From contig CBDFIQ010000001.1 in NCBI GenBank assembly GCA_965248195.1, positions 64,001 through 128,000 on the forward strand: DNA of 64,000 nt, read 5' to 3'. Below, piece by piece: positions 20,305 to 29,962 of this stretch; position 1 is the stretch's first letter, and every line of letters starts with the position of its first letter. Source of the DNA: Longimicrobiales bacterium (GTDB lineage: Bacteria; Gemmatimonadota; Gemmatimonadetes; Longimicrobiales; Gaopeijiaceae). Made by a program: the position numbers and the translations under genes. The notes below the pieces were generated by a model. That model searched no databases. It had not been told where the DNA came from and was given only the letters and a program-made list of their open reading frames with translations.

Positions 20305-22259
20305 CCGACGCTGACACCAACCCCCTGACTGACCCCCTCGAGGCTTACGCGCACCGCGAGGCGGAGGCGTCGAGGTCGGCCGACCTCTGGCAGGCCCGCT
20401 TCAACAGCCTGGCCAACCAAAGGATGGGCGTGACCCTGGCCTTGGCCGCGGTGGTCGTCGGGTACCTAACGGTCCCGGGCGCTCGGACGCCCCTCATCGC
20501 GGCCACCCTGATTCTCTCCGTGATCTTCATGGTGTTGGTCGTCAAGCACGCCCGCGTCCGGCACCAGGAGATCTGGCACCGCGAGTTGGCCCAGGTGGCG
20601 CTGGAGGCGGGTCACCGGCGGCTGCGCCGATGGGAGGAGTTTTCGGAGCCTACCCCCGAGCCACCGCCGAACCATCCCTACGCGGACGACCTCGACGTTT
20701 TCGGTCACGCGTCCCTGCACGTACTCCTGGGCACGACGTGCACGCGCCCCGGAGCCGACCTGCTCACCGAGTGGCTCCTGGCCCCCGCTCCTCTCCAGAC
20801 TGTACGGCAGCGCCAGAACGCCGTTCGGGAGTTGGCGCCGGCCATCGAGTTCCGAGATGAGCTTCAGGCTATGGGCCGCCTCGCGGGACCCGTCGAGCCC
20901 AATCAGCTTCGACTTCTTCTGGAATGGGCCGAGAGCCCCGCGTGGCTGTTGCCCAAGCGGGGCCTCAAATGGCTGGCCATCGCGCTGCCCATTCTCGTGA
21001 TCGTGACGGCGGGCCTCCACAGCTTCGCCGTCGTACCGTATCTGTGGATCCTCCCGGTCGCCGTGGCCATAGTCGTGACCAGGCGCTACACCCCACGCAT
21101 CCACGACGACTTCACCCGAACCTCCAGCGGGGAGTCGGGCCTCCGGCGGTATCACACCCTCGTGGCACGCATCGCGGACGCACGGTTTGAAGATCCCCTC
21201 CTGGCCGAGCTTCGTATTAGTCTCATGGGGAGTGGTGAAACCCCGACTGAGTCCGAAGCCCCATCCGACTCTGAGACCCCGGCCGAGTTAGAGGCCCCGG
21301 CTGAGTCTGAGGCCCCGGCCAAATCTGAAGCCCCGGCTAGGGCTCTGGAGCGTCTCTTTCGGCTCGTGGAGTTGTCGGACGTGCGATACAGCCACCTGAT
21401 CCACCCCTCCTGGAACCTTCTGACGCTATGGGATATCCACGTGCTGGTGCGGCTGGAGCGTTGGAAGGAAAAGCACGGCGCGGCGCTTCGCGGGTGGATG
21501 ATGGCCCTGGGCCGGACCGATGCGCTCTCGGCCCTCGCCGGACTGGCGCACGCCCACCCCGACTGGGCCTTTCCTGAGATCGCGGATGGGCAATCCGGCA
21601 GACCACCTCGTCTGGAAGCCACGGGGCTCGGGCATCCCCTTCTGGCGCCGGAGAGCACCGTACAGAATGACGTCAGCCTCGGACCGCCGGGCAGCCTACT
21701 GCTCGTCACCGGCTCGAATATGTCTGGCAAAAGCACGCTGCTTCGGGCCATCGGCGCGAACGTCATCCTGGCCGGCGCGGGTGGGCCCGTCTGCGCCGAA
21801 GCGATGGCCCTCCCGGTCGCGGATCTCCGTACGAGCATGCGTATCCGGGATTCGCTCGAGGAGGGGATCTCGTATTTCATGGCCGAGCTCCGGCGCCTCA
21901 AGGCGGTGTGCGATGCGGCGAGTGCGGCCAGCGACAGGCCCGTCCTCTACCTCCTCGACGAGATTCTGCAGGGCACGAACACCGCCGAGCGGCAGATCGC
22001 GGCCCGCCGCATCCTACATCACCTCCTGGATCAACACGCCATTGGGGCGGTGACGACGCATGACCTCACCCTGGCGGACGCGGAGGATCTCAAAGACCGC
22101 GCCGTGCTGGTCCACTTCCGTGAGTCGCTCGAGGCGAGCGAAGGTGGCCCGCCCATCGCGTTCGACTATCAACTCCGCCCTGGACTCGCGACCTCGACGA
22201 ACGCACTTCGGCTCATGGAGATCATGGGACTCGCGCTGCCGGGGGGTGGGGCGAGCTAG
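20301..22259 (+). CDS. membrane-associated MutS domain-V ATPase
   Basis: TM segments; DLDVFG; TGSNMSGKSTLLR; SYFMAEL; LDEILQGTN; TTHDL; probable TTG start at 20301. Confidence 0.85.
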   Translation: MTDADTNPLTDPLEAYAHREAEASRSADLWQARFNSLANQRMGVTLALAAVVVGYLTVPGARTPLIAATLILSVIFMVLVVKHARVRHQEIWHRELAQVALEAGHRRLRRWEEFSEPTPEPPPNHPYADDLDVFGHASLHVLLGTTCTRPGADLLTEWLLAPAPLQTVRQRQNAVRELAPAIEFRDELQAMGRLAGPVEPNQLRLLLEWAESPAWLLPKRGLKWLAIALPILVIVTAGLHSFAVVPYLWILPVAVAIVVTRRYTPRIHDDFTRTSSGESGLRRYHTLVARIADARFEDPLLAELRISLMGSGETPTESEAPSDSETPAELEAPAESEAPAKSEAPARALERLFRLVELSDVRYSHLIHPSWNLLTLWDIHVLVRLERWKEKHGAALRGWMMALGRTDALSALAGLAHAHPDWAFPEIADGQSGRPPRLEATGLGHPLLAPESTVQNDVSLGPPGSLLLVTGSNMSGKSTLLRAIGANVILAGAGGPVCAEAMALPVADLRTSMRIRDSLEEGISYFMAELRRLKAVCDAASAASDRPVLYLLDEILQGTNTAERQIAARRILHHLLDQHAIGAVTTHDLTLADAEDLKDRAVLVHFRESLEASEGGPPIAFDYQLRPGLATSTNALRLMEIMGLALPGGGAS

Positions 22260-22262
22260 TCG

Positions 22263-22302
22263 CTTTGTCGCTTCGCCCGTAACTTTGTCGCTTCGCCCGT
22301 AA
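22263..22302. repeat. perfect 20-bp tandem duplication
   Basis: CTTTGTCGCTTCGCCCGTAA twice. Confidence 0.9.
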
Positions 22303-22457
22303 GTAGTGGCGTGACAAAGCGCGTCCCCGGCCATACTTTCTGACCCTGCGCGGGTTCGGTTGGTCGGTTGAACCGCCTTCCCCTGTTCCCGGGTAGGCAC
22401 CGCGTTGACGGGGAACGCAGCAGCCATTGGATTCACGTGATTTCACCGGAGCAGGCT

Positions 22458-23609
22458 ATGGAACGCATTACAAGACTAACTTTGGCTCTCTCGATGGTTG
22501 CGGCTCTCGCGAGCCCCGCCCTTGTCCAGGCCCAGGCGATGTCCTCAGCCGAGCCATTTAAGGTCGGGACTTTCGAAATCGACGGCGCGGCGACGGTAGG
22601 GGTCGTCCTCAGGGACGCTCTGGTCATTGACCTTGCCGCGGCGAACACTGCTCTCGAGATCGATCCGATGTACGCGCACGTCAACGCGCCCGCCGATATG
22701 CTCGAGTTGATCGGGCAGTATGAGTACGGTCTGAAGTACCGGATCTACGACGTCGTCAACAACGTGGTGGGCAACAACCTGACTGGAGCGGACTACGTTC
22801 ACCGTGTCGACGACGTGGGCATCCTTCCTCCGATCATGTATCCCAGCAAGATCATGAACGCCGCAGTCAACTTCTACACGCACGCGTGTGAAGGCTGCAC
22901 CCCGGAGGAGCTGCAGGCGAACACCCGGGAGCGGCAGGAGAATCGGGGAGTGCCTTACCTGTTCCTCAAGCCGACACGCGGCGCGGTTATCGGCAGCGGC
23001 GAGGACATCATAATGCCTTGGGGCCGTGACCGGATCGAGTGGGAAGTCGAGTTGGCTATCGTAATAGGCCGCGCGGGCAAGTACATCTCTTCGGGCCGTG
23101 CGTACAACCACGTGTTCGGCTACACGGTCGCCATGGACGTATCCGACCGTGGCGGGCGTCCGCCGGGTGGGTACGGCTCCGGTTCTGACTGGTTCGTCGG
23201 TAAGGGTCATGACACCTTCGCGCCCCAAGGGCCGTGGATTGTTCCAAAAGAATTCTACGGGGATCCCATGGAGCGTCTGCACCAGAGTCTGGTCATCGAC
23301 GGCGTGACCGTTCAAGAGGCCAGAGCGGGGGACATGATCCACAATATTCCTGAGCTGATCGAGTACGCATCGTCGTTAATCACCCTGTTCCCCGGTGACA
23401 TTCTGCAAAGCGGGACGTCGGGCGGAACGGGCGCCGGTCGCGTCGAGCGCGCGACAGGCTCCGGGTACCTGCAGGATGGTGAGACCATCCAAGCCACCAT
23501 CGAGGGTATCGGGACGCTAAGGCACACCGTCGTCGCTGAGGACGGCATTCCGGACGATCTGTCCGGCGCACAGCTGCCTCCAACTAGGGACTACCGTCCG
23601 GGCAGATGA
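22458..23609 (+). CDS. fumarylacetoacetate hydrolase family protein with signal peptide
   Basis: PYLFLKP, EWEVELAIVIG, DVSDR, GKGHDTFAPQGP, TLFPGDIL; N-terminal AQA signal peptide. Confidence 0.88.
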   Translation: MERITRLTLALSMVAALASPALVQAQAMSSAEPFKVGTFEIDGAATVGVVLRDALVIDLAAANTALEIDPMYAHVNAPADMLELIGQYEYGLKYRIYDVVNNVVGNNLTGADYVHRVDDVGILPPIMYPSKIMNAAVNFYTHACEGCTPEELQANTRERQENRGVPYLFLKPTRGAVIGSGEDIIMPWGRDRIEWEVELAIVIGRAGKYISSGRAYNHVFGYTVAMDVSDRGGRPPGGYGSGSDWFVGKGHDTFAPQGPWIVPKEFYGDPMERLHQSLVIDGVTVQEARAGDMIHNIPELIEYASSLITLFPGDILQSGTSGGTGAGRVERATGSGYLQDGETIQATIEGIGTLRHTVVAEDGIPDDLSGAQLPPTRDYRPGR

Positions 23610-23641
23610 GGGCATAGGCCCAGCGAAGGCCATCAGGACAA

Positions 23642-23672
23642 AGCGCCGGCCGGGGTATCCCCGGCCGGCGCT
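23642..23672. terminator. GC-rich hairpin, probable terminator
   Basis: AGCGCCGGCCGGGG-TAT-CCCCGGCCGGCGCT 14-bp perfect stem just after the FAH gene. Confidence 0.7.
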
Positions 23673-23837
23673 CTTCATTGTCGAATGGCGCTCGAGGGGT
23701 TGTGGGAGCCGCGTAGAGCTGACGCGGGCTCCCGGCCTTCTTGTTGCTCTGGCGTCATCCCGCCATACGCCCGATGATATCCCGCCTTCCGGGACGAGCC
23801 CGGGAGACATCAGCACGCGAAGCTCGAGGAAACGCGC

Positions 23838-24809
23838 ATGGAGCAGGCCACGGTGACCGCAGGATCCACACTGCTGGAGAAGGTCAACGACGCGGTGCAC
23901 GACCGGGTCGTGGGCCAGAACGAGGCGGTGGAGGGGCTGCTCGTCGCGCTCCTGACCGGAGGGCACATCCTCCTCGAGGGTCTGCCGGGGCTCGCCAAGA
24001 CACTGATGGTTCGCACGCTCGCGCAGTCGATTCACACGGGCTTCCGCAGGATCCAGTTCACGCCTGACTTGCTCCCCACCGACATCATCGGGACGCCGGT
24101 CTTCGACCAGTCGAGCGGTCAGTTCCGGGTCCAGAAGGGGCCCATCTTCTCGAACATCATCCTCGCCGACGAGATCAACCGCGCGCCGCCCAAGGTGCAG
24201 GCAGCACTCCTCGAGGCGATGGAGGAGAGCCAGGTCACGATCGCCGGGGACACGTATCCGCTCGACGCGCCCTTCATGGTGCTGGCCACGCAGAACCCGG
24301 TCGAGCTGCACGGGACGTATCCGCTCGCCGAGGCGCAGCTCGATCGCTTCGCGCTGAAGCTCGAGATCGGGTATCCGACGAAGGACGAAGAGAAGACGAT
24401 CGTGCGCCGCGTCGCAGCCGCGGGCCAGGAGCCGATCGAGGCGGTCGCCACGGTGGAGGAGCTGGCCAGCGCGCGTGAGGCCGTGGCGAGCGTCCATCTG
24501 GAGGAGAAGGTGCTCGACTACATCGTCGAGCTGACCTTCGCGACGCGTGAGCCCGGCGGGGTCGGCCTGGCAGACCTCGAGGACCTGATCGAGTTCGGTA
24601 CGTCGCCGCGCGCGACGATCTTCCTGACCCGCGTCTCCCGTGCGAGGGCGTACCTGCAGGGCCGCGACTACGTCATGCCCGACGACGCGAAGGCGATGGC
24701 GCCGGCGGTATTCCGCCACCGGCTGCGCACGACGTACGAGGCCGACGCCCGCGGGATCGACTCGGACGAGATCGTGCGGCGGATCCTGGACGCGGTGCCG
24801 GCCCCGTAG
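23838..24809 (+). CDS. moxR: MoxR family AAA+ ATPase
   Basis: GHILLEGLPGLAKT, RIQFTPDLLP, DEINRAPPKVQAALLE, ATQNP. Confidence 0.93.
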   Translation: MEQATVTAGSTLLEKVNDAVHDRVVGQNEAVEGLLVALLTGGHILLEGLPGLAKTLMVRTLAQSIHTGFRRIQFTPDLLPTDIIGTPVFDQSSGQFRVQKGPIFSNIILADEINRAPPKVQAALLEAMEESQVTIAGDTYPLDAPFMVLATQNPVELHGTYPLAEAQLDRFALKLEIGYPTKDEEKTIVRRVAAAGQEPIEAVATVEELASAREAVASVHLEEKVLDYIVELTFATREPGGVGLADLEDLIEFGTSPRATIFLTRVSRARAYLQGRDYVMPDDAKAMAPAVFRHRLRTTYEADARGIDSDEIVRRILDAVPAP

Positions 24810-24818
24810 GTCTGACCG

Positions 24819-25760
24819 ATGAAGCAGAAGCTGCCGATCGGCGGACAGGGCCGCGAGGCGACACACGTCTTCTCGAAGGAGATCGCCGCCCAGGTGCGCC
24901 GCATCGAGCTGCGTACGAAGGGCCTGGTGGAGTCGCTCTTCAGCGGCGAGTACCACTCGGTCTTCAAGGGCCGCGGCCTCGAGTTCTCGGACGTACGGGA
25001 GTACCAACCGGGCGACGACGTGCGCGCGATCGACTGGAACGTGACGGCACGCCGCGGTCACCTCTTCCTGAAGGAGTACGTCGAGGAGCGCGAGCTCACC
25101 GCTCTGCTGATCGTCGACCTCTCCGCATCCAAGGAGTTCGGCACCGGAGAGAAGTCGAACGCAACAATCGCGGCGGAGATCGCGGCGATCCTCGCCTTCG
25201 CAGCGGCGGGGAACAACGACCGCGTTGGTCTCCTGTTGGTCACCGACCACGTGGAGCTGTTCGTGCCGCCCGACTCGGGTCGTCGCCACGTGATGCGACT
25301 CGTCCTGGAGCTGCTCTCCTTCCGCCCGAGCGGTCGCGGCACCCGCCTATCGACCGCGCTGGAGTACGCTTCCCGAGTGCTGCACCGGCGCTCGGCGATC
25401 TTCCTCGTGAGCGACTTTCTGCTCGATGACGACACCGACCCCGAGTTCGCGCGCGCGGCCGGTCTCGTGAAGCGCGATCACGACCTGGTGCCCATCCGAC
25501 TCACCGACCCGGGGGGCGCGGTGCTTCCGAACGTGGGGCTCCTGGCGCTCGTCGATCCGGAGACGGGCGAGCGGCTCATCGTCGATACCGGATCGGCCGC
25601 CAAGCGGCGGGGTTACGCCGAGGGAAAGGCGGCACAGCGGGACCGGATGACCGCGCTCTTCCGCGAGCTCCGGACGAATACCGTCGAAGTGAACACCACC
25701 GAGGACTACGTGCCCGCCCTCATCCACTTTTTCCGTCAGCGGGAGCGGGTGTCGCGGTGA
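24819..25760 (+). CDS. DUF58 domain protein
   Basis: SVFKGRGLEFSDVREYQPGDDVRAIDWNVTAR. Confidence 0.92.
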   Translation: MKQKLPIGGQGREATHVFSKEIAAQVRRIELRTKGLVESLFSGEYHSVFKGRGLEFSDVREYQPGDDVRAIDWNVTARRGHLFLKEYVEERELTALLIVDLSASKEFGTGEKSNATIAAEIAAILAFAAAGNNDRVGLLLVTDHVELFVPPDSGRRHVMRLVLELLSFRPSGRGTRLSTALEYASRVLHRRSAIFLVSDFLLDDDTDPEFARAAGLVKRDHDLVPIRLTDPGGAVLPNVGLLALVDPETGERLIVDTGSAAKRRGYAEGKAAQRDRMTALFRELRTNTVEVNTTEDYVPALIHFFRQRERVSR

Positions 25761-26764
25761 AGCCCCTGGTGAGGCCCATCGGGTGCGTCGCGCTGGTGTG
25801 GGCGCTCCAACCGCTCTCGACAGCGGCGCAGAGCCCAGAACCGGTCGCAGTTCTCTCCGCCGACTCGGTGGAGATGGCCGAGGTCTTCGAGTTGCGCGTG
25901 GAGGTACCGGTCCCAGGTGGAAGCATGGTCTATTTCCCAGCCACGGTGCCCTCCACGGGTGACGTCGAGAGCTTTACCCCGGTCGCCTGGCGAGCCCGTC
26001 GCGGACCGAACGGCGGCGCGACGCTCGAGCTCAGGTACGCGCTGATTCCGTTCGGCATGGGGAACACCGCCCTTCCCCCGGTCGACGTGATCACGATGCC
26101 GCTGGAGGACGAAGCCGAAGGGCAGGACATCCCGGGAGGGTCGATCGTAGGCGTGTGGGAAGAGCGCCAGCAGACCGTCCGGTATACGCGCAGCATCACG
26201 TCTCCGACGATCTGGGTGGAGCCGGTCTACTCGACGGACGACGTCGTTGCGGGTATGTCGCCGAGGGGGCCCGAGGACGTGGTCGGCTTCAGTTGGAGCT
26301 GGCCCTCCATGGCGCTCGTTCTCCTCTTCTCGACGGTCGTCGGCGGAGGCGTCGTCACCACGACGCGGGAGTGGCTCGCCGACCGCGCCGGGCCGGGACC
26401 GGTACCGCCGCCCGGCCCCACCTCCCTGGACGAGACCCGGAAGCAGGCGCTCACCGAGCTCGATCGGCTGTTGGCGGCCGGCCCGTACCCGGCCGAGCGC
26501 GCCCACGAGCTGTACGAGGAGAGCAGCGGCATCGCTCGTGGATACGTCGAGCGGCTCGATCCCGAGTGGGGCCCCGAGCTCACCAGCACAGAGCTGATGG
26601 ACAGGCTGAAGGGCCGCTCGCCCGAGGGCGCAGTGCTCGCAAACGAGATGCGGACCGCCGAAGCCGTGAAGTTCGGGCGGCTACGGCCCCACGCCGAGCC
26701 CACGGCCGAACACCTTAGGGTGCTCCGGGCTTGGCTGGCCGGCAGACCGGAGGTCCGTTCGTGA
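25757..26764 (+). CDS. Bat-operon associated exported membrane-anchored protein
   Basis: signal peptide, one TM, ELTSTEL...VKFG C-terminal pattern; located between DUF58 and the vWA genes. Confidence 0.7.
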   Translation: MKPLVRPIGCVALVWALQPLSTAAQSPEPVAVLSADSVEMAEVFELRVEVPVPGGSMVYFPATVPSTGDVESFTPVAWRARRGPNGGATLELRYALIPFGMGNTALPPVDVITMPLEDEAEGQDIPGGSIVGVWEERQQTVRYTRSITSPTIWVEPVYSTDDVVAGMSPRGPEDVVGFSWSWPSMALVLLFSTVVGGGVVTTTREWLADRAGPGPVPPPGPTSLDETRKQALTELDRLLAAGPYPAERAHELYEESSGIARGYVERLDPEWGPELTSTELMDRLKGRSPEGAVLANEMRTAEAVKFGRLRPHAEPTAEHLRVLRAWLAGRPEVRS

Positions 26765-27711
26765 GCTTCGCGTTCGCCCAGCTCGGTTGGCTGATCCTCC
26801 TTGCGGCCGTCCCGGTCTGGGTGTGGTGGGTCACCCCGAAAGGGAGTGGGGCCATGCTCGTCGCGCGCGGGACCGAGGCGAGACGTGTCTCGCTGCGGGC
26901 GTGGATCGGGCGAGGCCTCGAGCTCGCGCCGCGTTTCCTGCGAGGGCTCGGCGTCACGGCCGTCATTCTCGGGCTCGCGCAGCCACGGCTCATCGAGACG
27001 TTCGAAGAACCGGTGGCCGAGGGCGTAGCCATCGCCATCGCGATCGACCTGTCCACCTCGATGGGCGCGCGTGACATGTCTCGGCGCGGATCGAGGATGC
27101 AGGCCGCCAAGCAGACCATCCTCGAGTTCCTCGAGGGCCGCACCGACGACATCGGCGTCGTCTCCTTCGGCGGCGAGGCGCTGACCCGCGTGCCCCTGAC
27201 GCACGACCACTACGTCGTGCGCGCCGCGATCGAAGACCTGGATTCCCGGCTCCTTCTCGACGGAACCGATATCGCGGGTGCCATCGCGGCCGGGGCGGGG
27301 CTCCTCCGCGACGCGCCCCACAGCTCGAAGATACTGATCCTCCTGACCGACGGCGCCCACAACGGCGAGGGTCTCGAGCCGTCGCGTGCTGCGCGGGCCG
27401 CGGCGGCGTTCGGCGTCCGTATTTACGCGATCGCGATGGGCACCGATTACATGCTGAGGGACCGGCTCGCCGAGATGGAGACGGTCCTCACACAGGCCGC
27501 TTCCATTACAGACGGCCGCTACTTCCGCGCGACCGACCTCGAAGCCCTGGAGGAGGTCTACGAGGAGATCGACCGCCTGGCCGCCCCCTCGGAGGAGATC
27601 GTCGAGCGGACGGAGGCCACCCCGATCGGGCTCTGGTTCCTGCTGGCGTCGATGCCCATACTCCTGCTTGGGGCGGCGGTGCGCGGCTCGCGCTGGGGGG
27701 TGCTCCCATGA
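26761..27711 (+). CDS. BatA-like vWA domain protein
   Basis: DLSTSM MIDAS; PLTHD; GTDIAGAI; LLTDG; GRYFRA; GTG start overlapping the upstream stop. Confidence 0.85.
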   Translation: MSFAFAQLGWLILLAAVPVWVWWVTPKGSGAMLVARGTEARRVSLRAWIGRGLELAPRFLRGLGVTAVILGLAQPRLIETFEEPVAEGVAIAIAIDLSTSMGARDMSRRGSRMQAAKQTILEFLEGRTDDIGVVSFGGEALTRVPLTHDHYVVRAAIEDLDSRLLLDGTDIAGAIAAGAGLLRDAPHSSKILILLTDGAHNGEGLEPSRAARAAAAFGVRIYAIAMGTDYMLRDRLAEMETVLTQAASITDGRYFRATDLEALEEVYEEIDRLAAPSEEIVERTEATPIGLWFLLASMPILLLGAAVRGSRWGVLP

Positions 27712-28793
27712 TCTTCGAGCGCCCCGAGCTCCTCGCGCTGGCTCCCCTGGCGGCGATCCTCTTCGCGTTCACGGTCGGGGCATACTGGCGTCGCCTCAGG
27801 AGGTTGGCGACGGCCTACGAGCTGACCGCCCTTCGCCGCTTGTTGCCGACCAGCCCCGGACGCTTCCCCACACGGCGGTTCCTATGTCTCGTCGGCGCGG
27901 GGGCCCTCCTCGGCCTCGCCGCCGCCGGCCCGGTACTTTGGGACCCGGAGCCCCCTGAGGCGGTGCCTCCGCTGGACGTCGCCATCGCGGTCGACCTGTC
28001 GCTGTCGATGAACGCCGCGGCTGAAACGGGAAACGCGGGTCAAACGCGAAGTCGGATCGAGCGTGCGCGGGAGGCGATAGACCGCCTCGCGGAGGAGCTG
28101 CCCTCCGTCCGCTTCACCCTCGTCGTCTTCGCCGGGTGGCCGTACATGCTCGTGCCTCCCACCGACGATCCGGACGTGATTCGCTACTTCGTCGACTCTC
28201 TCCAGCCCGAGGTGGTCCAGGAGGGGGACCGGGGCAACTCGCTTGGGAGCACCCTGGAGCTCGCGGGCCGCGCCCTGGAGACCCGGCCGTCCGAGGATGG
28301 GCGTCAAGCCATCCTGGTCATCTCCGATGGCGACGTGTACGAAGACGAAGACGTGCTCGTGCGTGCGGCCGCAGACGCAGCCGCGCGTGGCGTCGAGGTC
28401 TGGATCGCCGGGCTGGGCTCCGAGGCGGGATCACCGATCTCGATCGCAGGGGAGCCCGTTCTCGACCCAGTCGGCAGGCCCGTGAGCACGAGCCAGAACG
28501 CGGACCTCCTGAGCGCGATGGCCGAGGCCGGGCAGGGTCGCTACCAGGACATCACGGAGGACGAGGGACTCGACTCCCTGGTCGACGACCTGCGCGACCT
28601 GAGTGGCGACTCACGGGAGGGTCCGGCCGAGCCGTTCGACACGACCGCGCTCTTCGCGCTCTTGGCGATCCCGCTCCTGCTGTGGGAGGGCGTCGTCGAC
28701 GCCCGTCGGGCAGTCATCGGAGGCGGCGCCAGCCAAAGGCCCGAGGGGCCGGAAGCCATCCGCGACCACGACGAAAAGGCCCGGGCCGCATGA
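27708..28793 (+). CDS. BatB-like vWA domain protein
   Basis: DLSLSM; PPTDD; ISDG; terminal TM helices. Confidence 0.8.
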   Translation: MIFERPELLALAPLAAILFAFTVGAYWRRLRRLATAYELTALRRLLPTSPGRFPTRRFLCLVGAGALLGLAAAGPVLWDPEPPEAVPPLDVAIAVDLSLSMNAAAETGNAGQTRSRIERAREAIDRLAEELPSVRFTLVVFAGWPYMLVPPTDDPDVIRYFVDSLQPEVVQEGDRGNSLGSTLELAGRALETRPSEDGRQAILVISDGDVYEDEDVLVRAAADAAARGVEVWIAGLGSEAGSPISIAGEPVLDPVGRPVSTSQNADLLSAMAEAGQGRYQDITEDEGLDSLVDDLRDLSGDSREGPAEPFDTTALFALLAIPLLLWEGVVDARRAVIGGGASQRPEGPEAIRDHDEKARAA

Positions 28794-29569
28794 CCGACTC
28801 GATCTTCGGAGGCGGGTGGCGTGCGTTGCTCCTGGTCGGCCTCTCCGTCGTCGGCATCGCGCTCACGGTCAGGGCGGAGCGTGAGAGCGAGTCACGCGCC
28901 AATCGACTCCACCGTGCCGACCGGCTCGAGGAGGCCGCCGAGATCTACGTCGATAGGGCCGCGGAGGAGTCGACCGCCGAGCGGCTCCACTACAACCTCG
29001 GGACCACGCTGCTGCGACTGGGGAGTGCCGAGGCGGCCCTGGAGCTTACCACCGCAGTGGAGTCGGACGACGAGCGGGTGCGCGTCGGCGCCCACTACAA
29101 CCTAGGGCTGTGGCGCCTCATCCAGGCGCTCTTGTCACAGAGCAGCGACTCGATCGTCTACCACGCGACCCAAGCGGTCGAAGAGAACAAGGCCGCGCTG
29201 CGCCTGGATCCGAGTCACCCCGATGCGGGCTGGAATCTCGCGTTCGCCCGGATTCTCATCGTGGAGGCTTCGCCCGATTTCGACCTCGGCAACATAGACC
29301 AGCCGAACGGCGCACCCGACCTCGGCGAGATCCAGATCATCGAGGGCCCCTCACCCTTCGGGCAGGACGAGGGGTTCGGCGATCAGCCTTCCGAAGCCGA
29401 GGACGAGTCGATCGCGACCGAGGACCTCCTGCCGCTCACGCTGGCCGAAGCGAGCGACATCCTCGGGACGGGGCACCGCAACCCGTCCACCATGACGGGC
29501 AAGCTGCTACTGAGGGAGGGGCGCGCTCGACGCCGTCGGCAGATCTTCGTCGCGGGTCCGCCCTGGTAG
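28790..29569 (+). CDS. BatC-like TPR protein
   Basis: HYNLG repeats; ALRLDPSHPDAGWNL; ends in PW; ATG at 28790. Confidence 0.75.
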   Translation: MTDSIFGGGWRALLLVGLSVVGIALTVRAERESESRANRLHRADRLEEAAEIYVDRAAEESTAERLHYNLGTTLLRLGSAEAALELTTAVESDDERVRVGAHYNLGLWRLIQALLSQSSDSIVYHATQAVEENKAALRLDPSHPDAGWNLAFARILIVEASPDFDLGNIDQPNGAPDLGEIQIIEGPSPFGQDEGFGDQPSEAEDESIATEDLLPLTLAEASDILGTGHRNPSTMTGKLLLREGRARRRRQIFVAGPPW

Positions 29570-29624
29570 CGGTCAGGGGCAGGCGACGCGGCTGAGGGCC
29601 AGGCTGCATGCGCGGTCGCGGATC

Positions 29625-29849
29625 CTAGTGGTGGGCCAAGTTTCGGACGTGAAGAATCTCACTGGGCTGGATGGCACGGATATCGGCGTCAGACAAGGTG
29701 AGCACCGCGACGGTGCCGCCCTCTCCGGAAATGAACTCCACTTCATAGGAGGCGTCGCTGTGGCAATGGACTATCGCCCCCACGTCGCCCGCCTCGAGGC
29801 CCGCGTCAGGGAGCGCCCGGCGGAGAACCACGGTATCTAATTCCTTCAT
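29625..29849 (-). CDS. DUF4926 family protein
   Basis: MKELDTVVL...GLEAGDVGAIVH...YEVEF. Confidence 0.85.
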   Translation of the reverse strand: MKELDTVVLRRALPDAGLEAGDVGAIVHCHSDASYEVEFISGEGGTVAVLTLSDADIRAIQPSEILHVRNLAHH

Positions 29850-29962
29850 CTTCCCCCCCGCGCCGGGTAAGCCGTCACGAATGTCGGAACGTCATCATCC
29901 TCACCGACGATCCATACGGTGTCGAGTGTCATCGGGCTCCCATCAGGAGCGTCGATCGCCTG
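29846..29962 (-). pseudogene. C-terminal remnant of a DUF6883-like gene
   Basis: 38 codons QAIDAPDGSPMTLDTVWIVGEDDDVPTFVTAYPARGGR with ATGA overlap into DUF4926; 5' part missing. Confidence 0.65.
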
